Shown one piece after another: positions 12,961 to 22,812 of a stretch of 64,000 bases of DNA. The stretch lies in the NCBI GenBank assembly GCA_963739525.1, contig CAVUAR010000005.1, positions 358,915-422,914 on the forward strand. The letters run 5' to 3'. The position numbers were made by a program, and so were the translations under genes. The DNA is from an uncultured Actinomycetes bacterium. Its GTDB lineage: Bacteria; Actinomycetota; Thermoleophilia; Gaiellales; Gaiellaceae. Under the pieces are notes generated by a model. It searched no databases, was not told the DNA's origin, and saw only the letters and a list, made by a program, of their open reading frames with translations. Within the stretch, counting starts at the first letter, position 1; each line of letters begins with the position of its first letter.

Positions 12961-13661
12961 TCTACGCCTCCCGCACCTTGGACGCGGGCTCCGTCATCCG
13001 CAAGGCGTGGGAGCTGTACACGGCGCACTGGTGGCACCTGGTCTCGATCGCGCTCGCCGTCTACGTCCTCATCTCGCTCGTCGCGATCCTCCTCACCCTC
13101 GTCCTCGGGTGGTTCGGGATCCTGCTCGGGTCGCTCCTCAGTCTCGCCGGGATCTTCTGGCTGCAAGGCGCGCTCGTGATCGCGATCGACGACGTCCGCG
13201 ACGGCCGGGCCGACCTCGGCATCCGACAGACCCTGGAGCGCGTGACGCCACGGCTGACCGACCTCACGCTCGCCGGCCTGCTCGCGGGGGTCGCGATCGG
13301 AATCGGCCTGCTGCTTCTCATCGTCCCCGGCCTCTACCTGCTGACCATCTGGCTCGTGATCGTCCCGGCGATCATGCTGGAGAACTGCGGGCGTCACGGG
13401 CTCCTTCGGGAGGAGTCAGGAGCTCGTCCGTGGCTACGGCTGGTCCGTGTTCGGCGTCATCGTGCTCACCTTGCTGATCTTCATCGGCGTGAGCATCGCC
13501 GTCGCCGATCGGCGAGGAACGCGGTCGGCGGCGACTGGGCCGGCTTCGTCGTGAACATCATCGGCGAGGCCATCACGGCGCCCTTCCTGGCGCTCGCATG
13601 GACGATCACGTATTACGAGCTGCGCGATCTGAAGGGAGCGGAACCCACGGCAGCCGTCTAA
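12957..13661 (+). pseudogene. polytopic membrane protein (hypothetical), about 2 frame switches
   Basis: GTG at 12957 overlaps the ABC stop (GTGA). Hydrophobic helices (HLVSIALAVYVLISLVAILLTLVLGWF, GLLLLIVPGLYLLTIWLVIVPAIML). The middle part reads in another frame (GYGWSVFGVIVLTLLIFIGVSIAVA). The C-terminus returns to the first frame. Confidence 0.5.
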
Positions 13662-13671
13662 GCTCGGGTTC

Positions 13672-14555
13672 GTGTCCGAGCTCGACAAGGAGATTCAGGA
13701 GCGGATCGAGGATCCGGTCTCCGAGCAGGCGGAGGAAGAGACTCGTCTGACGCCCGCCGAGGCGGTCGCGCAGATGCGCATCAAGGTGCCGACGCGGGCG
13801 AACCGCAAGCTCGCGACGCTCGTCGACCGGGTCAACGATGACGACGCAGATCAAGGCGTGGTGGCACGTCTCGAACGTGAACGCCGTCAAGCGACTCGAG
13901 ATCAACGACCACTCCTGGGTGCACATCCAGATCGTCACGAACATCGCCCTCAAGCTCCTCCGCCAGCTGACGAAGCACCACGTCGAGCCGGCGATGGTGC
14001 GCGACTACGGGATGACCCGCGACGACGCCGAGATCGTCGTCGTGCTCGGCGCGCTCCTCCACTGCGTGGGGATGTCGGTGCACCGGGAGGGCCACGAGGA
14101 CTGGAGCCTCTTCCTCGCCGAGCCGAAGATGCGCGAACTCCTCGAAGGCCTCTACGACGAGCCCGAGCGCACCGTCGTGATCGCCGAAGTGCTCGGCGCG
14201 ATCACGAGCCATCGAGAGGACGGCAAGCCGCTCACCCTCGAGGCGGGGATCATCCGCGTCGCCGACGCGCTCGACATGGCGAAGGGCCGCTCGCGAATCC
14301 CGTTCGAGCACGGGCGCGTCTCGATCCACTCGCTCTCCGCTGCCGCGATCGACAGCGTGCACATCGGCGACGGCGAGAGTGCTCCGATCTCGATCGAGAT
14401 CGCCATGAACAACTCGTCGGGCGTGTACCAGGTGGACGAGCTTCTGAAGGCGAAGCTGCGCGGCTCGGGCCTCGAGCCGTACGTCGAGGTCGTCGCGCAG
14501 GATCGACACCGAGGCCGAGAAGAGCCTCATCCCGCTGTATCGCCTGGAGCTTTGA
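13672..14555 (+). pseudogene. HD-domain phosphohydrolase, frame switches near 13840 and 14500
   Basis: N-terminus MSELDKEIQERIEDP... in one frame. The core is in ORF 13838-14875 (LGALLHCVGMSVHREGHED, IIRVADALDM). The C-terminus IDTEAEKSLIPLYRLEL stop (14553-14555) is in a third frame. Confidence 0.65.
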
Positions 14556-14597
14556 GGCGACCCCGTCCCGGCGGCCGATACACTGGGATCTCTTCGC

Positions 14598-14668
14598 TGC
14601 GGGGTCGTCTAATGGTAGGACGCCTGACTCTGGATCAGGTAGTCAAGGTTCGAATCCTTGCCCCGCAG
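14598..14668 (+). tRNA. tRNA-Gln (anticodon CTG)
   Basis: Cloverleaf read by eye: acceptor TGCGGGG/CCCCGCA, anticodon stem CCTGA/TCAGG with loop CTCTGGA, T-arm with GGTTCGAATCC. No encoded CCA. Confidence 0.85.
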
Positions 14669-15207
14669 CCTGAGAAACCCGCTGGAAACGGCGAGTTTCT
14701 GCGTCCAAAGCCCTACCTCCTGGGTACCGGCCTGCAACGGTTTGCAAACGAGCCGCCCAGAGCACCCAGCGCGGCCAGTCTCCGAACGCTTCGGCCACCG
14801 CGCGGACGAGTTCCTCGCGTGGCACGTCGCGGATGCGTTGTGCGATCCCCCAGCGGTGCCCGAAGGGATCCGTGATCTCCCCGTAACGCTCACCCCAGAA
14901 CGCGTCGTGCAGCGGCTGGCGCACCTCTGCACCCCCATCACGCGCCCCTTGCCAGACGGCGTCGGCGTCGACGGTCGCGTAGTGCAGCACAGTTGCGGTG
15001 CCCTACGCTGAGCGGGGAGAGAACGCCCATCTCGGGAAACTCGTCGGCGAGCATCATGTGCGTGTCGCCGAACCAGAGCTCGAGCTGCATCAGCTTGCCG
15101 CCGGCCACTTCGAGGCGCCCGCGCTCGTCTGCACCGAAGACGGACCTGTACCACTCGGCTGCGCGCGCTGGCTCGCGAACGACGATGTGTGCGGTGATCG
15201 TGCTAAT
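14643..15207 (-). pseudogene. VOC (glyoxalase/bleomycin-resistance) family protein, frame switch near 14995; both ends uncertain
   Basis: ISTITAHIVVREPARAAEWYRSVFGADE...LELWFGDTHMMLADEFPEMG in one frame, then ATVDADAVWQGARDGGAEVRQPLHDAFWGERYGEITDPFGHRWGI in ORF 14643-14990. A GAGGAG SD is present, but the only codon at the right spacing is ATT. The apparent 3' end overlaps tRNA-Gln, so the true stop is probably upstream. Confidence 0.55.
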
Positions 15208-15517
15208 GGTCTTCTCGCTCCTCTCTTAGCGCCCTGTGATGACCGCTGGCTCGACCAGCCCTCGGTGGTCATGCGATAGGGCGAATGCGTTCGTGTGCCC
15301 GAGCGTACCGCCGGGGTCGTTCGGATCGCGGGCGTTCTCACGAAGAGCGCAGGACACTCTCCCGTGGTGAACCGACAGGCAGGGGCGGGCCGACCATTCG
15401 CTCCTCTAAGAAACTGATCTGCGCGACCCAAGCTCTACACGACAAAGGAGCCAGCAGCCGATCCGCGATACTCGCCTGATCGGGAACCTCTTTCTCGAAA
15501 TCCTGCCGCTTGCGATC

Positions 15518-16141
15518 GTGTGCGCGCTTTCGCCGTGGGCGATTGTCGCGGTGATCCTGATGCTCGCCTCCGAGCGGCCGTCGAACGCGGTGTGGTGGCT
15601 CGTCGGGTGGACGCTCTCGACCTTCGCGATCGGTGCGCTCATCATTCTGTTCTTCGCCGGGTTCGACTTCTCTCGTGGCAGCACCCCCACGAGGGCGGTT
15701 TGCATCGTCCAGGTGCTGCTCGGCGTGCTGCTGCTCCTGGCCGCGGCGCGGTTCTGGGGTCGTCGTCCCGCCCGGACCGGAAAGCTGCCGAAGGAGCCGG
15801 GCTGGATGACGCGGATCGGCAAGATGCGGCCGGTCTGGGCGTTCCTGATCGGCGCCTTCTGGATCAACACGACGGTCGTCGTCGCTGCGGGCATCGACGT
15901 TCTTCGTGCGGAGCTCAAGAATGGACAATCGATCGCCGTCTTCGCCGCGTTCACCATGGTCACGCTCTCGGTACAGGGAGCCCTGATCGTCTACGCCCAC
16001 CTGCTGCCCGGGCACGCAGCGGTTGGACTCACGCGGATCCGGGAGTGGATCGCAAAGAACCAAGAAGCAGCACTCGCGGTCGTCGCCTTCGTGCTCGCGG
16101 TCTGGCTAGCCAGTCAGGGCGTCCGCGGCCTACTCGACTAG
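15518..16141 (+). CDS. GAP (Sap/sulfolipid-1-addressing-like) family membrane protein
   Basis: 207 aa with six hydrophobic helices. LSPWAIVAVILML at the N-terminus is typical of the family. The frame stays open upstream to about 15476 (LIGNLFLEILPLAIV), so the real start may be earlier. Confidence 0.6.
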   Translation: MCALSPWAIVAVILMLASERPSNAVWWLVGWTLSTFAIGALIILFFAGFDFSRGSTPTRAVCIVQVLLGVLLLLAAARFWGRRPARTGKLPKEPGWMTRIGKMRPVWAFLIGAFWINTTVVVAAGIDVLRAELKNGQSIAVFAAFTMVTLSVQGALIVYAHLLPGHAAVGLTRIREWIAKNQEAALAVVAFVLAVWLASQGVRGLLD

Positions 16142-16354
16142 CCGGAGGCGGCTGCTGAGCACCTTGCGATAGATGGTCGACGGGTGCTGGCCGAGCTCGC
16201 AGGCGACCTCCTCTACGCGCAGGAGCGAGTTGCGTTCGGTCGCATTGGCCGACCGCAAGCCGACCCAACGCTGGGTCAACCCGGGAAAGCTCGTTCCAAC
16301 CAATCTTTCTACCTGAAGAAGAGCGAGTTGATCGCCGAGGACAGGAGAATGCAC
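16130..16354 (-). CDS. excisionase/MerR-type helix-turn-helix protein (short)
   Basis: LLRVEEVACELGQHPSTIYRKV matches the excisionase-family HTH pattern. Start uncertain. The 3' end overlaps the GAP gene by 12 nt. Confidence 0.4.
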   Translation of the reverse strand: MHSPVLGDQLALLQVERLVGTSFPGLTQRWVGLRSANATERNSLLRVEEVACELGQHPSTIYRKVLSSRLRLVE

Positions 16355-16779
16355 GCCGCCGGCATGTAGCCGAGGTACACGCTCAGAGCGCGCTCACCGC
16401 GCCTGACCATTGCGAGAAACACAAGTATCGAGGCGGCGATGGCACACACGATCCCGGGGACCGACGGCCCCAGCCTCCGAAGTTAGGCTCGGCCCATGCG
16501 ATTGCCTCGGGCCATCAGGGGATGCACGGCCGCCGCATCGGGGTCTCCTGTGAGGGCCCCCTCAGGCGGATCTCGCTCGATCGTGGCGGAGCCCGACACA
16601 TCTCATCCGTCGCCGCGGATAGCTCCGGCCGGCGCTCGAATCACCCCCTCGGAGCCGTTTTAGGGCGCTCTGCGGGCTCGCCCCGTCGAAGCCAACCTTC
16701 CCCTGAAGACCCCCCGGCTCCACACTCGTGGCGAGCCCTAAAACGCGCCGTTCAGTAGAAACACTGATCCCGGGCCGAA

Positions 16780-18726
16780 TCAGGCCTCGACGTAGGCGCG
16801 CCGCGCGGCGAAGCGCGGGAGCGCCACCTGGCCCTCGACGAGGAGAGCGGCGATCCCGGCGCGCGGGAGGCCGAACGCGCTCTCGTAGACGAGGTAGCGC
16901 GGAGCCCAGCGCGGGAAGAACTTCGCGTTGAACCGGTAGAGACTCTCGATCTGGAAATACGGGTTGGCGAAGCGGATCGCCCGGCCGAGCGCACGGTCGG
17001 TCCTGGTCCTCGGCGCGTGCACGAGACGCGCGAAGGCGGCGAAGTTCAGGGACGCCTCCTCGATCCCGCGCTCGCGCAAGAGCTCCATGCCGCGCGCGAC
17101 GAGAAACTCGGTCAGGCCGTTCGGGGTGTCCCGGTCGCGAGGCATCCCGGCCAGGGAGACCGCCGAGCGGCCGTAGACCGGGACGAAGTGGAGGTAGCCG
17201 CGCGCCCGCCCGTCGGCGTCGCGCGCAACCACGAGCAGCGTGTCACCCCGCCCGTCCCCACGGAGGCCGTCCATGGCCATCGAGAAGCCCCTGTCGGGGG
17301 CGCCGGCCCGCCAACGTTCGGCCACCGCCTCGAGCTCGTCGCGTTCCGTCGTCCCGATCTCGTCGAGCCGGGCAAGCGCCACGGAGTAGCCGGCCTTCTC
17401 CAGACGGCTCACGGATTGGCGCACCTTCCTGATCTGGCGTCCGTCGAGGGAGAAGGACGCCGTGTCGACGATCGCCTCGTCGCCCAGGTAGAGCGAGCGC
17501 AGGCCGAGCTCGGCGTAGGCCGGCAGGCTTTCCTCACCGGCCCCGAGCACCGCGACTCTGAGTCCGCGCTCATCGGCGAAGGCGCGGAGGCTTCGCATGA
17601 GGCCGGGCAGCGCTTCGGGCGGCCCGACCGGATCTCCCGAGACGAGGAGGACGCCGTTCGACACGCGGTAGGCCAGAAAGGCGCCCTCGCCCGGGCCGAA
17701 GAACAGCTGGTTGTCGCGGCGCAGCTTGAAGAAGGCGAGCGTGTCGCTCCCGTGGGCCACGACGAGCCGGGCAGCTGCGCGCCTCGCACGGTGGTCGGGC
17801 AGCGCCCTCGGCCCGGCCAGCGGCCGGAAGACCATCCAGGCCAGGGCTCCGAGCCACGCGAGGCCGATCAGCCCGATGGCCGGGGGCAGCACGCCCGTCT
17901 CGTCGCGGAAGCGGATCGGGCCGCTGCTCCACGAGAGCAGCGCGAGGGTCTCCCGGCCGACGACGAGCGGCCCCGCGTGGGGCGCCGCGGCCGCGACGAT
18001 CGCGAGCGCGAGCCCCGCGGCGGCGAACGTGGCCGCCGCGATGCGCTGCAGCGAGCCCCGCACGGTGAGCGCGGAGTGGCGCACGTAGAAGGCGCCGCGG
18101 CCCCACCAGAGGAGCCCGGCGCCGGCGGCGCTCGCGAGCGCCTCCTCCACGTCCAGCCCCTTGAGGACGTTGAGCACTGTGAGCGTGACCAGGAGCCAGA
18201 AGGCGGCCTGCCACGCGCGCTGCCGGCGGCGCAGGAGGTAGAAGGCGGCGAGGAGCAGCGCGGCGCTCAACGGCACGGCGACCGCGTGGAAGATCGGCAC
18301 CGCCTTGACCGGCTCGAGCGTGAGGAGGACATGCCCGCGCCAGGCCATGTTCGGCGTGAGGGCGGAGACGATGTTGACGAGGCCGAGGCCGGCGGCGCAG
18401 ACAGCGGCGAGGAGCGGAAGCCTCTCCCCACGCCTCATCCGCTGGAGAGCCGCCTTCGTCCGATGCACGCCGAGCCTCCAGCAGGCAGTGTCCCGGCTAG
18501 AAGCGAAAACGTCGCGCCAGTCCTTGACGAAGAGCCAGGCGCCGACGGCGAAGAGCACGAGACCCCACGGGGCGGCAGGCAGAAGGCCGGTCAGCCGCGC
18601 GACGAGGGCGGCCACGAGGAAGGCGATGCCGAGCTGGTACTCGTGGATCCGGCGGTCGAAGACGTAGACGCGAGGGCCGAGCTCATGGAGCTCCAAACGA
18701 CCGATATGTGCCCTTCGCCGGCCCAT
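16780..18726 (-). CDS. MprF/LysX-like phosphatidylglycerol aminoacyl transferase (TM domain + DUF2156-type C-terminal domain)
   Basis: Intact 648 aa. The N-terminal half is polytopic membrane. The C-terminal half has HGSDTLAFFKLRRDNQLFF, LLVSGDPVGPPE, GYLHFVPVYGRSAVSL and ESLYRFNAKFFPRW. Confidence 0.8.
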   Translation of the reverse strand: MGRRRAHIGRLELHELGPRVYVFDRRIHEYQLGIAFLVAALVARLTGLLPAAPWGLVLFAVGAWLFVKDWRDVFASSRDTACWRLGVHRTKAALQRMRRGERLPLLAAVCAAGLGLVNIVSALTPNMAWRGHVLLTLEPVKAVPIFHAVAVPLSAALLLAAFYLLRRRQRAWQAAFWLLVTLTVLNVLKGLDVEEALASAAGAGLLWWGRGAFYVRHSALTVRGSLQRIAAATFAAAGLALAIVAAAAPHAGPLVVGRETLALLSWSSGPIRFRDETGVLPPAIGLIGLAWLGALAWMVFRPLAGPRALPDHRARRAAARLVVAHGSDTLAFFKLRRDNQLFFGPGEGAFLAYRVSNGVLLVSGDPVGPPEALPGLMRSLRAFADERGLRVAVLGAGEESLPAYAELGLRSLYLGDEAIVDTASFSLDGRQIRKVRQSVSRLEKAGYSVALARLDEIGTTERDELEAVAERWRAGAPDRGFSMAMDGLRGDGRGDTLLVVARDADGRARGYLHFVPVYGRSAVSLAGMPRDRDTPNGLTEFLVARGMELLRERGIEEASLNFAAFARLVHAPRTRTDRALGRAIRFANPYFQIESLYRFNAKFFPRWAPRYLVYESAFGLPRAGIAALLVEGQVALPRFAARRAYVEA

Positions 18727-18796
18727 TACCTCGACTCAGTAGAAGACACTACGACGGACATCGGTCGCGGCTCGTTAGGGGACGGTTGCGCTTCTG

Positions 18797-19204
18797 TTAA
18801 GCCGATGCGCGGCCACGCGTCGCCCAGGTCGCGTCGACGGTCAGCCAGACGCAGAGGATCGCGAGCGGGACCTCCGCGAGGCCCGCCTCGAGCCCAGCGA
18901 CGACGAGGGGGCGGCCCGAATGCGCGGTGCCCACGTCGAACCAGGCGTCCGCGGCGAGGAGCGCGGCCGTCGCCGCGGCCGCGGCGGGCAGCCAGGCCCG
19001 TCCGAAGCGCGCGGCGAGCGCCGTCGTCGCGAGCATCACCGCGATGACGAGGTCGAATCCGATCCAGATGACATCCCAGTGCCTCGTCTCGTGATGCGTC
19101 GGCAGCGCCGCGATGTAGAGAAACGTCCAGGGGAGGAGCCCGAGCGCGAAGATACCCAGGACCGCGGGGACCCAGGTCGTCGCCCGGTCGACGGCTATCC
19201 GCAT
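18797..19204 (-). CDS. membrane protein (hypothetical, 4 TM)
   Basis: 135 aa, four hydrophobic segments. Good codon bias. No recognisable family. Confidence 0.5.
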   Translation of the reverse strand: MRIAVDRATTWVPAVLGIFALGLLPWTFLYIAALPTHHETRHWDVIWIGFDLVIAVMLATTALAARFGRAWLPAAAAATAALLAADAWFDVGTAHSGRPLVVAGLEAGLAEVPLAILCVWLTVDATWATRGRASA

Positions 19205-19233
19205 GCGCTGAGTTGTACCCGCCGAAACACGAA

Positions 19234-19294
19234 GGCCGCCCGGGAGAGCGGCCTCCGACGAGGAGAGGAACGACGCCTTTGCGGCAAAGCGTCG
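19234..19294 (-). terminator. tandem hairpins downstream of the AsnB-like gene
   Basis: On the minus-strand RNA: CGACGCUUUGCCGCAAAGGCGUCG (10-bp stem, one bulge), then GGCCGC-UCUCCCGG-GCGGCC followed by UUCGUGUUUCGG. Confidence 0.45.
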
Positions 19295-19348
19295 GTCTCC
19301 TGGTTCCTCGGCAGGAAGGGCATTCCTCTTTAGCCCGGCAGCAAGGCG

Positions 19349-21175
19349 TCAGCCGGCCGTCACCGTGTCTGCGACGGGCACATCCTCACCTACGAAGCCG
19401 TCACCGTCCACGAACTGCCGCTGGAAGAGCTCGAAGGTGAGGAGGGCGCCGAGCGGCTTCGTGTACCGGGCCCGGCCAGAGAGCGTGTCCTCGACCATTC
19501 CCCGCACGGCCCCCTCCCGGAGCTGGCCGCGCTGCAACGTCCTCGGTTCGAGGAGGACGCCGAGCAGCTCGGCGCCGCCCCAGTGCCGCAGGTCGGTGGC
19601 GTAGTCGCCGAGCCCCGAGCGGACCGGCCACCAGCGGGGCCCGAGCCGTTCGTCCACCCGGCGACGGAGGCCCCGGCGGACGCGGATCCGGAGCTCGGCC
19701 GCCTGGCGGCGCCTGCCGGCGAGCCCCGGCGGGATCTCGTCCTTGGTGTTCCGGACGGCCGCGAGCTCGGCGAATCGGCGGAGGTACGCCTTCTGCACGA
19801 CTCCCTCAACGCGCAACTGCTCGGGAATGCGCCTCAGGCGGTCCACGAGGTCGTGGTCGTCGTAGGGGTCGCGTGCGGCGAGGAAGTCCGTGAAGAGCTC
19901 GGCGCCGGGCCAGATCTTCCGGGACTGCGCGGTGTAGGTCAGCTGCCGGGCCTGCTCGATCGGCTCGCCCTCCTCGGCGTCGAGGTGCCTGCGCAGTGAC
20001 GTCCTCGCCAGCCCCCGAACCTGTGCCGCGAATCCCGGGGTGAAGATCTCTTCGAGGAGCTCGTCCGGGATCGTCTGCGCGCGCCAGAGGTGGAAGTTGT
20101 CGCCGAGGACGGTATCGCCGCCGAGCCTGAGCGCGCCGCCGATCGTCCGGGCGATGTGGTCTCCGCCGTAGTTGATGAGGACCGCATCCGCGCCGTCCTC
20201 GATGCGCAGCGCGCGGAGCGAGAGATGGTGGCAATGGAACGCGCGGATTGCCCCTTCCGAAAGCCAGACCGTCTCGCCCGCTCCGCGTGCGATGTACCCC
20301 GGCTCGAAGGGTGCGCTCCGATGGACGAGCCCGAGCGCAGAGGCAATCTCCGTCCCGAGCCGCAGGTCGTTCGAGCCCGGCGCCCCGTAGGTAAGCGCAA
20401 CGCTGTTCGGGGCGCGCACGCGCAGCACCGAGGCGACACAGCGGGAGTCGTAGCCACCGCTCAGCGCGAGCCCGACCCCCCCGCCGAGACGGCGGGCCAC
20501 CGCGGCGTCGAGGAGCCGACCGAACTCGGCCCCCCACTCCTCCGCGTCGCCGTCCGCCTCCGGCGCAAGCCGGTAGCGCCAACGGCGGCGGTCCTCTCGT
20601 GCTCTCGGGGTGATCCTCACCGTCGTCCCACCCGCCAGGAGGGACACGCCCTCGAGCGGGCTCTGCTCTGGAAGCGGGCCCTCGTAGGCGAAGAGCTGTG
20701 ACCAGGTCTCCAGGTCGAGCCGCGGCTCCACGCCCGCTGCGAGGAGCGCCTTCAACTCTCCGGCAAAGAGCGACGTCCGCCCCAGTGTCGCCATCCAGAG
20801 TGGTCGCCGTCCGTGGTGGTCGTTGAGGAGGACGAGTGCTTCCTCCCCTGGATCCCAGACCGCCGCCGCAAACGCGCCCTGCGGGAGGTCGAGATCCACG
20901 CCGTGGGAGAGGTAGCCGGCCAGGAGCTGCTCCGCCGCCCGCGTCCCGGTGCGGGCGCCTTCCTCGCCGAAGAGCTCGCCGTCGAGTGCAAGCGCGACGC
21001 CGGTGTCGGGGTCGGAAACGACACCGCCGTGCTCGCCGGCGAAGCCGAGTGCGACGTCGTCGCGGGTGGGAGCGAGCTCGAGCGTCTGCCACGGCCGCCG
21101 GAGCAGCCGCCTCGCCGCGACGTGAGCCAGATCGGCCGCGCGCTCGCGGCCGAGGACGCAGATCAGGCCGGGCAC
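19349..21175 (-). CDS. asparagine synthase (AsnB)-family protein, non-canonical N-terminus
   Basis: Intact 608 aa. Ntn-amidotransferase-like N-domain, then a PP-loop synthetase domain LALSGGYDSRCVA. The N-terminus reads MPGLICVLG rather than MCG..., so the nucleophile Cys is not residue 2. Confidence 0.8.
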   Translation of the reverse strand: MPGLICVLGRERAADLAHVAARRLLRRPWQTLELAPTRDDVALGFAGEHGGVVSDPDTGVALALDGELFGEEGARTGTRAAEQLLAGYLSHGVDLDLPQGAFAAAVWDPGEEALVLLNDHHGRRPLWMATLGRTSLFAGELKALLAAGVEPRLDLETWSQLFAYEGPLPEQSPLEGVSLLAGGTTVRITPRAREDRRRWRYRLAPEADGDAEEWGAEFGRLLDAAVARRLGGGVGLALSGGYDSRCVASVLRVRAPNSVALTYGAPGSNDLRLGTEIASALGLVHRSAPFEPGYIARGAGETVWLSEGAIRAFHCHHLSLRALRIEDGADAVLINYGGDHIARTIGGALRLGGDTVLGDNFHLWRAQTIPDELLEEIFTPGFAAQVRGLARTSLRRHLDAEEGEPIEQARQLTYTAQSRKIWPGAELFTDFLAARDPYDDHDLVDRLRRIPEQLRVEGVVQKAYLRRFAELAAVRNTKDEIPPGLAGRRRQAAELRIRVRRGLRRRVDERLGPRWWPVRSGLGDYATDLRHWGGAELLGVLLEPRTLQRGQLREGAVRGMVEDTLSGRARYTKPLGALLTFELFQRQFVDGDGFVGEDVPVADTVTAG

Positions 21176-21417
21176 CAGCGAAGGGTATTACAACAGTCCC
21201 GAAAGAATGGAAAGCCTGCATATCAGGAGGTTTTTCGACCGCCCACGAACGCGAAGCTCAAGATTCGGCCGGCGCAGCCGATTCTGTCTCACTGAGGACG
21301 CAAATCCTCCTGCGGCTCGGGGTATGACCGCCAGCATGTCCCCAAGTGGCAGACGAGCGGCGGCCTGTAGGCCGCCGCTCCTCCTTTAAGCCTCCATTCG
21401 CTACCCTGTCGCGACCG

Positions 21418-21490
21418 GGCGCATTCGTCTAGTGGCCTAGGACGCCGCCCTCTCACGGCGGTAGCACGGGTTCGAATCCCGTATGCGCCT
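21418..21490 (+). tRNA. tRNA-Glu (anticodon CTC)
   Basis: Acceptor GGCGCAT/ATGCGCC, D-loop TCTAGTGGCCTAGGA, anticodon stem CCGCC/GGCGG with loop CTCTCAC, T-arm ACGGGTTCGAATCCCGT. Confidence 0.85.
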
Positions 21491-21738
21491 TCTTCGCCTG
21501 CATGGATCCTGGGAACCCGCATGGTTGCGTGGGTCATCCGTGTCAGATGTGCCAGAAATGCCGTGCGGTGCGTACCCCGGTGCGTACCCAGGATTTCGCC
21601 AGTCCAGCTAACAGCCGAGCTCAGAGTCGCCGCTGGTCTGGCCGCGTCCCCGGGATATGCCCACCGACGCCGCCGTGGAAGCCGACGATCGGCACGCCGC
21701 GGGCTTTGTGCGCGTCTACGCCGTCGTCACCGACCTGG

Positions 21739-22080
21739 TCAGGGAGCGAGGAGAACGAGCAGGACGGACGCGGCTCCCACGACGATCCCGACCGCGGCGA
21801 GCGCCAGCACGAAACCCTCGCCGGTGTGCGGTTCCCGGTCTTCCCGCAGCGCCGCCTGCAACTCCCGGTAGTGCACGATGCCGTACACCATGGCCGCCAG
21901 ACCGGCGGCCGACAGGACGGTTCCCAGTGCGATATACGGCCAGTTCGTGCCGCCGACGGCCTCGGGCAGGACGCGCCCGACTGCGAATCCCGCTGCGATC
22001 CCAGCCAAACCAGTACGCCACCACGCGAGGTACGTGCGCTCATGCGCGAGCTGCGTCCGGTGGACTTCGCCGCTCACCAT
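21739..22080 (-). CDS. DUF202 (YidH-like) membrane protein
   Basis: 113 aa. LAHERTYLAWWRTGLA signature followed by three hydrophobic helices. Confidence 0.75.
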   Translation of the reverse strand: MVSGEVHRTQLAHERTYLAWWRTGLAGIAAGFAVGRVLPEAVGGTNWPYIALGTVLSAAGLAAMVYGIVHYRELQAALREDREPHTGEGFVLALAAVGIVVGAASVLLVLLAP

Positions 22081-22812
22081 CTCAGGGGCCGAGCATAGCG
22101 CCCTCGCCGTGAGCGTCTACGCGCGCTCTTCGTCGAGCGCCAGATGGCCGAGCTCATGGTCGAGAACTGGAACCGGGACGAGCCCGATCGCGCGGGCGAA
22201 CTATACGTCGAGCCAGTCGAACTGCAGACGTCTCCGAACTAGGGTTTCGCCCAGGGAGAGAGCCGAGCAGGGCCAGGCGGAACCTAACCCTCACAGGCGG
22301 TCACCTGGCCCAGCTCCTTCGGGAGATTGGGGAACGGCGACTCGGCTCTCCCCTGTCATGGGGCCGGAGAGACGCGCTTCTTTCTGCGGCGCTGCGGCAC
22401 CGGCTTCTCCTCTTCAATGCCGGTAGCCTCCTCCGGCCCCGTCTTAGCCGCCGATCCGCCGCCCCCGCCCGCACTTCCAATAGACGAGTTCCTCGGCGCG
22501 AGCTGTCGCTCATCGCCGAAGCACTACCCCGTCTGGCGCGCTTGCTTGACTTTGGGTAGTCCCATGCCCAGGCTCACGCCCTTTCTCCGACTCTTGTTGC
22601 CGGGCTACGCATTCACCATCGTCTTCATCGTGCTTGTCGGGTTTGACGTAAGGGGAGCCCCGATTTCTACAAGTCGGCAAGCTCGATCATCCCGACGCTC
22701 CTCCTGACGCTCGCAGTCGCCAGCGCTTCTTCCGTGGCGCGAAAGGGGTCTCGGTTGCCGTCGGAGTTCAGTGGCCCGCAGCCGGTCGTGCGCCGGTCGC
22801 CGCAGGGTCCTC

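Noticed and set aside
16655-16750. Imperfect inverted repeat CGTTTTAGGGC...GCCCTAAAACG just downstream of the MprF-like stop.
   Set aside because: The roughly 70-nt spacing, the bulges and the lack of a U-tract make it unconvincing as a terminator or a mobile-element end.
21289-21537. An 82-aa minus-strand ORF.
   Set aside because: It completely overlaps tRNA-Glu and has no coding signal.
21560-21595. The tandem GGTGCGTACC x2 and the flanking imperfect inverted repeat just after tRNA-Glu as an att site.
   Set aside because: The repeat is very short. No second copy was found elsewhere in the window, and no integrase is nearby.
22220-22300. Possible riboswitch. CTAGGGTT and CCGCCTGGCC strings are reminiscent of the ykkC and ZTP motifs.
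   Set aside because: Only short fragments match from memory. The other conserved helices are not evident, and the neighbouring gene (DUF202) is not a typical regulon member. A covariance-model scan is needed before any claim.
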